From NCBI RefSeq assembly GCF_006345805.1, contig NC_042998.1, positions 174,902,001 through 174,966,000 on the forward strand: 64,000 nucleotides of DNA, read 5' to 3'. The position numbers and the translations under genes were made by a program. The notes under the pieces were generated by a model. That model was not told the DNA's origin and ran no database searches. It saw nothing but the letters and a program-made list of their open reading frames with translations. This stretch comes from Octopus sinensis (Eukaryota). Within the stretch, counting starts at the first letter, position 1; each line of letters starts with the position of its first letter. This document shows, in pieces, positions 58,326 to 64,000 of this stretch.

Positions 58326-60532
58326 ATAATTTTAAAAAACTATGCCATTTTAATCCTGAGTAAGGCTGGGTATCTCTACTGGTAATAATATAAACACCAA
58401 ATGCACAAGGACTTATAATAGATATAGGACAAACAAAAGAGGCTTTGACAACTTTGATGAACACCCATAGAATTTTTCTATCTCCCTAGGAGGAATTATT
58501 ATCTTCATACAGTAGCGAGAGTAAATTCCTATGGGCATGAGGATGGGAGAAGGGAGGAAAAAAAGACATAGTAATGGAAAGATGAGAAGAAATGGTTAGA
58601 ATAGGGTTTTTTACACATGTGATCTAAAACAGATTACATAGAATTACATAAAGTTGGGCAGCAAGCGCATTGGATGTTGCATTTATTGGAAGTGGTACAC
58701 ATATTTCCAGTTTAGGAGAGCAGAGGTTGTTATTTAAATGGTAGAATAGACTGATGGAGAATTCAACATTTCAATGAATGCTATATGTTGATGAATGAAG
58801 GCTTCCCTAACAGGTATTGTCCTGGATGCTGACCAGACCGTATATAATATATTGCTTGTCCTAGATGTAAAACAATTAGTGTGAACTCTTAGAAAATACG
58901 CAGTAAAGATATTGATGAAAAGAAAAAAATAACAAACCTGATCTTACAATGTGTGTAAGTCATCACATCCCATCACATCACCTGGCTCAATGAGTCTTTA
59001 TCTGGTTACTCTACCTGCTAGAAATAGCAGCAAAATCTGCTTAGATCACACTGTATCAGCTTAAAAAAGGATATGTTGGATAACATGGTCCTATATTCTC
59101 TGCAAAGCAAAAAAAAAAAAAGATAAATAAATAAAAATAAATGATGGCCATGACTGGAATGTCTTCGATCATAATAGGTCTGTTTTGATAAGGTTAAACA
59201 TCACACCAAGCAATAAAACATTAAACCATTCACCAGTCACTCATACAACCCAATCAACAACTTAAGCACACCCGGCTCTTCCTCAACTTTTCCCTCATCA
59301 CTGTAACCTCTTCCATATAACATTAGCAAAGCAAAGCAGTTAACTGTGGTAATGACAGAGTATCTAGCAATTTCTATAATTCTTCCTTTGACTCCCACCC
59401 ACCTATAAAACATGGAACATTTCATCTCTTCCTCATCTCCACACATCTGCTTCCTTTCTTACTTTGATATATGTGTTTTCTCTTGTATCATACCTGACCT
59501 TTAACTATGGATGGGGGAGGTGCAGTATTTCTTCTGCACTTCCTTTCCCCTTGCTACTCGCTCAGTTTTCATCTTCAATTTCTTCAGCTTCAAATCTATT
59601 TTGGCAATGTATAAGTTCTTGGGGGAAGGATAACTGGTAACAACTGGTGACTGAAGATATTGTAGGTAGTTGTGTTACACTGAGAAAGGTAAAGAGTTTC
59701 TGTTAATTTGTTATAGATAGTGACCCTAACGTTCTTTTACACATTGAGTTACCCTAAGGTACAATAGGTCAGCAACTGTTTGTTGTTGAACCTTAAGTTT
59801 AAGTTTAAGTTCAATTGATCAGGATAGTATTTCAAATCAGTAAATAGTAAATAAGCTGAAACTTTTGTGTTGCACCAATTAGAAGAGATCAAAATATATT
59901 TTGATTTGGCTCCTGTAAAAAAAAAACGACAAGAAAGAGCTAACAACAACAAAAAATCTGTACTTGCCAGAAAAAGGATGTAATTAGTTTAAGATTAATA
60001 CTGTTTTTTTTCCTCATCTTAGAGTAATCTTTAGTTAGCTTTCTCATGCTTCGTCATCATCATTTAATGTCTGCTTTCCAGGCTCATATATCAAATATGC
60101 TTACACCAATATAAAATAATCATGTAATATTCATTTTTCTATGCTCAAATGGGTCAGATGGAATTTCTACTGCCAGATGCCCTTCCTATTGCCAACCCTC
60201 ACCTGTTTTCAGGAAAAGTAGTATTTCCCACATAGGCAGGCAGACATGTTTTCATGGAAGACTGGAAATGAACAACACCACTTGTATGCTTGCTTACATC
60301 ATGTGACGTCAAAAGGACACATGCAAACATGCACAAATACATACATACATACATACATACATGCACACACACACATACACACACACACACACATACATGC
60401 ATGCATGTATGCATGCATACATACATACATACATACATACATACATACATACATACTTGCATACATACATACATACATACATGATGGCTGCCCCCTCATT
60501 ATCGAGTATGGCCATTGCACGAAGCTTAACTG

Positions 60533-61010
60533 TTATTGGTGCTGTGATCGAATGTGACTTTTTAGCCCAGCTAAAGATCTACAATGTCTTGTACAGAATT
60601 GGCAGCTAAAATCTTTATCAGCAATAGCTGGCTGTAGTTGTAACTGGGTTTCATGTACCTTTGCATGTCGTTTAAGTCCTCCTGCTGAATTACACTCTCT
60701 TCCACATGCCTGACAGATATGATTAGTATGGTGTGTAACACCACCATCAGTGGTCAGGTTGTCACTCATCTGTCTCGCTTTGTGACTACGAAGATGACTC
60801 TTGAGTCTAGCTTTACTGAGGCAGGGTCTTGCACAGACACTGCATGTTAGCATCATAGGAAGACCCTTCCCATCTGGAAGTGTAACAGCTATGCCCTTCC
60901 TGACATCCCTCCTTACTTTCTCATGCGCAACTCAAGATTTCTCAAAAGTAGCTGTCCCCTCGTGCACAATCCTTCTCCACCTGCTACGATCAATAGCTAT
61001 GCCCTCTCAC
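60533..61010 (-). mobile_element. RTE/BovB-type LINE 3' end encoding three C2H2 fingers
   Basis: IAIDRSRWRRIVHEGTATFE (BovB-like) precedes CSVC-x12-HLRSH, CQAC-x12-HAKVH and CQFC-x12-HIRSQH. Confidence 0.75.
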
Positions 61011-61436
61011 ATACATACACAACATACATACATACATACATACATACATACATACATACATACATACATACATACATACACACAGAGAATAGCATCAACA
61101 GTAAAACATGCAATTGACCTAGAAACTTTCACCACAGCTGTAGACAAACTGCATAATGGGAAGACACCTGGAAAGGACCTAATAGTTGGACAATGGTATA
61201 AGAGGCTTACAGTTTACAGGAAACCACTAATAAGTATATTCAAAAGTACTATGGAAGGTCAGATTGACATATCAAATTGGTTTGGTATGGCATGGACGAA
61301 TTTTGTAACCCAGAATGAAACTACCAAGTTGCCTGAAAACTGCAGGCCTATTGCTTGCCTAAACATTATATATAAACTGTACACAAGCTGCTGAAACCAG
61401 CTTCTCCAGGAATTCTGCTTTATAAACAGCAAATAA

Positions 61437-61858
61437 TCCCTTGTAACTTTTTTTATTTTGGGGAATTTTCAGAAAACTTGCAAATTTGTGTTCGACACAC
61501 AGGAAATCATACAACTATGCAAATAATAATAATAATAATAATTTTTAGAACTTTTTGGTTTTTAAATCACAGGTCAAAATACAGACAGTCCAAATTTTTG
61601 GCTTAAATCCCAGCAATAGATCATTAAATGTGTTTATGGCAAGAAAGATATTGAGAAACATCAATATGTCAGTGACAAACAAGGACAGTATAAGGTGGTT
61701 GTGAGATATGCTAAAAATAACAGCTAAATAAAATACTCCTTAAATCCCGCAAGAATTTTTGTTTTTTTTTGTTTTTGCACTCATATGATTTCTTGTGTGT
61801 AGAACCAAAATTCACAAACATTTTCTGAAAATTCCAAAAAGTCAAAAACTTATGAGAA
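61437..61858. mobile_element. MITE-like insert with imperfect inverted ends of about 85 bp
   Basis: GGAATTTTCAGAAAA...ACACAGGAAATCATA versus TATGATTTCTTGTGTGT...TTTTCTGAAAATTCC. Confidence 0.6.
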
Positions 61859-62493
61859 GTTATTTGCCATGCATAAAGCAGAAATCCACCAAAATAAACA
61901 TCGTAAGATCCTTACAGCAGTATGGCTTGATTATAGGAAGACATTTGACTCTATTCCCTACTCATGGCTGGTGAAGTGTCTCCATTTGGAAAAAGTGCCT
62001 GCTATCTTAATTGCTGCCATTGAGAAACCCACAAAGACCTGGCAACAATTTTCACACTTAGAACAAAGATCAGAATGTTAATCTCCATTGCCATAAATAT
62101 TTCAAAGGAAATATTCCAAGGAGAAAATCTTTCAGTAATTCTGCTAATTTTGGCATTAAATCCATTATCATTCCTGCTACAAAAAGCAAATAGCTACGTA
62201 CTAGGTTTAGCAACTGCTAGAGGTATTAATATAACTCATAATTTCTTTGAGGATGACCTGAAGATTTATACTAAAAATGTTAACAATGCCAAAAAACAGC
62301 TGGAATTAATAAGATTTTTAGCTGACACAGAAATGGAATTTGACCAAAAGAAATGTTTATATTTGGTTGTTGTAAAAGGAAAATCAGTCCCCCAGAGCCA
62401 AAACCAGGTTATCATACAAACAATGCTACAAGTACCTAGGCATTGATGAAGACATATATGAAGGTGCTATGAATAAAGACCCAAGAAAATTAT

Positions 62494-62692
62494 ATCATCA
62501 TCATCATCATCATCATCGTTTAACGTCCGCTTTCCATGCTAGCATGGGTTGGACAGTTCAACTGGGGTCTGGGAAGCCAGAAGGCTGTACCAGGCCCAAT
62601 CTGATCTGGCAATGCTTCTACGGCTGGATGCCCTTCCTAACGCCAACTACTCCGTGAGTGTAGTGGGTGCTTTTTACATGCCACCGGCACAG
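62494..62692 (-). mobile_element. RTE 3' tail copy
   Basis: Shared core and (CAT)n on the plus strand. Confidence 0.9.
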
Positions 62693-63212
62693 ACTTAGAA
62701 ATATATAGCAGTCAGAACTCTCCTCTTGCAACAAGACAGTATCCTACAATACATTTACAGTTCCAGTACTGATTCCAATATTTGGGATATTTGATTGGTC
62801 TGTAGAAGAAATCCACTCCATAGACATTAAAACCCACAAGATTCTAACATCAACTGGAAATCTCCACAGAAATAATGATATTGAACAGCTCCACCTAAGA
62901 AGACTGCCTGACTGTCAGTCTGGATAAGCTTGGATTTTCAGAAAAAGAAATCAACCAACTGACTTGCACATTATAAATACAGTCTGTAAGCAGTACAGAA
63001 AAACTATGCAAGACTTTTCTCAGGTTTAAAATGTGAGATTGTTTGCGTTATCTACATTCAAATGATGGAGCTTTGTATCTTTGTAAGAAACCAGCTCCTT
63101 TTGCAAAGGAAGAATTTAAACAAGTAAAAACAAAAGAGAAATATACATACATACATACATACATACATACATACATACATACATACATACATACATACAT
63201 AATACATACATT

Positions 63213-63244
<32 letters not shown>

Positions 63245-63933
63245 CATACATACATACATACAACTTTAATTGAGGTAAAAAGAAGCTACATCAATGTTTA
63301 ACTTCTGATTTTACTTCTCTTTTCCTCAAAATTATTGTTATTCGCTCTGGAAATTATAACATCAATTTGATGTAAATACCTTGGATTGGCAGAGTGCTCT
63401 TTTAATAATTAACCAAAGTATAACTAATTATTCTTTGGTTAAACGAAAGGTGCTCTCTGGTGCAGGTGTATTGATAAAATGCACTTAGTAGACTTTGTAA
63501 GGTGATTGATGATAGGAAGTGTATCCAGGAGCAAAATACAAGCCAAAATGCAAGAAAATTAAATGTACAAGTGTCCTGTGGTCCTTCAACTATAGTATCA
63601 AAATGAAACGCTATTAACAAGTCTGTAGTTTATTAATGCAGCTACCTACAAAGAGTAAACCTTACTTTAACAGTAGTAGGTGGTGCAGACTCTGTTTGGC
63701 TAATGAAAGGATCATACTAAAGAACCCTTTTCTCCTAAGCATCTACTTAACTGTAAGAGTGAGGTTTTCTGTTTGTGCCCTCATGAATGCAGATTTGTTC
63801 TAGCATACTGGCTGACTGCACCATGAATATAAGCATTAGAACATTCACATACATTTTTACCCTCACTAAAATCTGAGAACTTGCCATATGCAACAGTGAT
63901 ATACATACATACATGCTTACATGCATACATACA

Positions 63934-63964
<31 letters not shown>

Positions 63965-64000
63965 TTAGAGTGTTTTGGAAATTCGTTGATACAGTTATAA

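Larger units (their letters stand above)
61085..62990 (+). mobile_element. Decayed R4/Dong-like (REL-type) LINE RT, interrupted by a MITE and an RTE tail
   Basis: KTPGKDLI, RPIACLNIIYKLYTS, WLDYRKTFDSIPYSWL, IFQGENLS..L.ILALNPLS, HNFFEDDLKIY and FGIFDWSVEEI. Confidence 0.78.

Overview
AT-rich, repeat-dense animal genomic DNA. The SINE/LINE families and microsatellite load point to an octopus-like (coleoid cephalopod) genome, which is an inference from repeat recognition. No rRNA, genuine tRNA gene or CRISPR array is visible, and no host gene can be named; only three weak exon candidates (10.1, 16.0 and 20.0 kb) stand out. Main content: (1) a young, full-length CsRn1-type Ty3/gypsy LTR retrotransposon (666-6534, minus strand). 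It has near-identical 585-bp LTRs, a GTATT target duplication, a tRNA-Trp PBS, a PPT, a CHCC Gag knuckle and a complete -1 frameshift signal, and it is nested inside a DD37D (maT) transposon. (2) A 5'-truncated RTE LINE (54.3-57.6 kb) whose 3' end is amplified into a six-unit array with A-B-A-B-A higher-order structure; many short dispersed copies of the same 3' tail occur across the window. (3) Six hammerhead-ribozyme-like motifs of Penelope type, one fully canonical at 47161-47243. (4) Tc1, hAT, Tigger, Helitron, CR1-like, BovB-like and R4-like remnants, a solo LTR carrying ETS/NRF1 motifs, several long inverted repeats and a perfect 50-bp palindrome. Most short ORFs in the supplied track are microsatellite or antisense artefacts.
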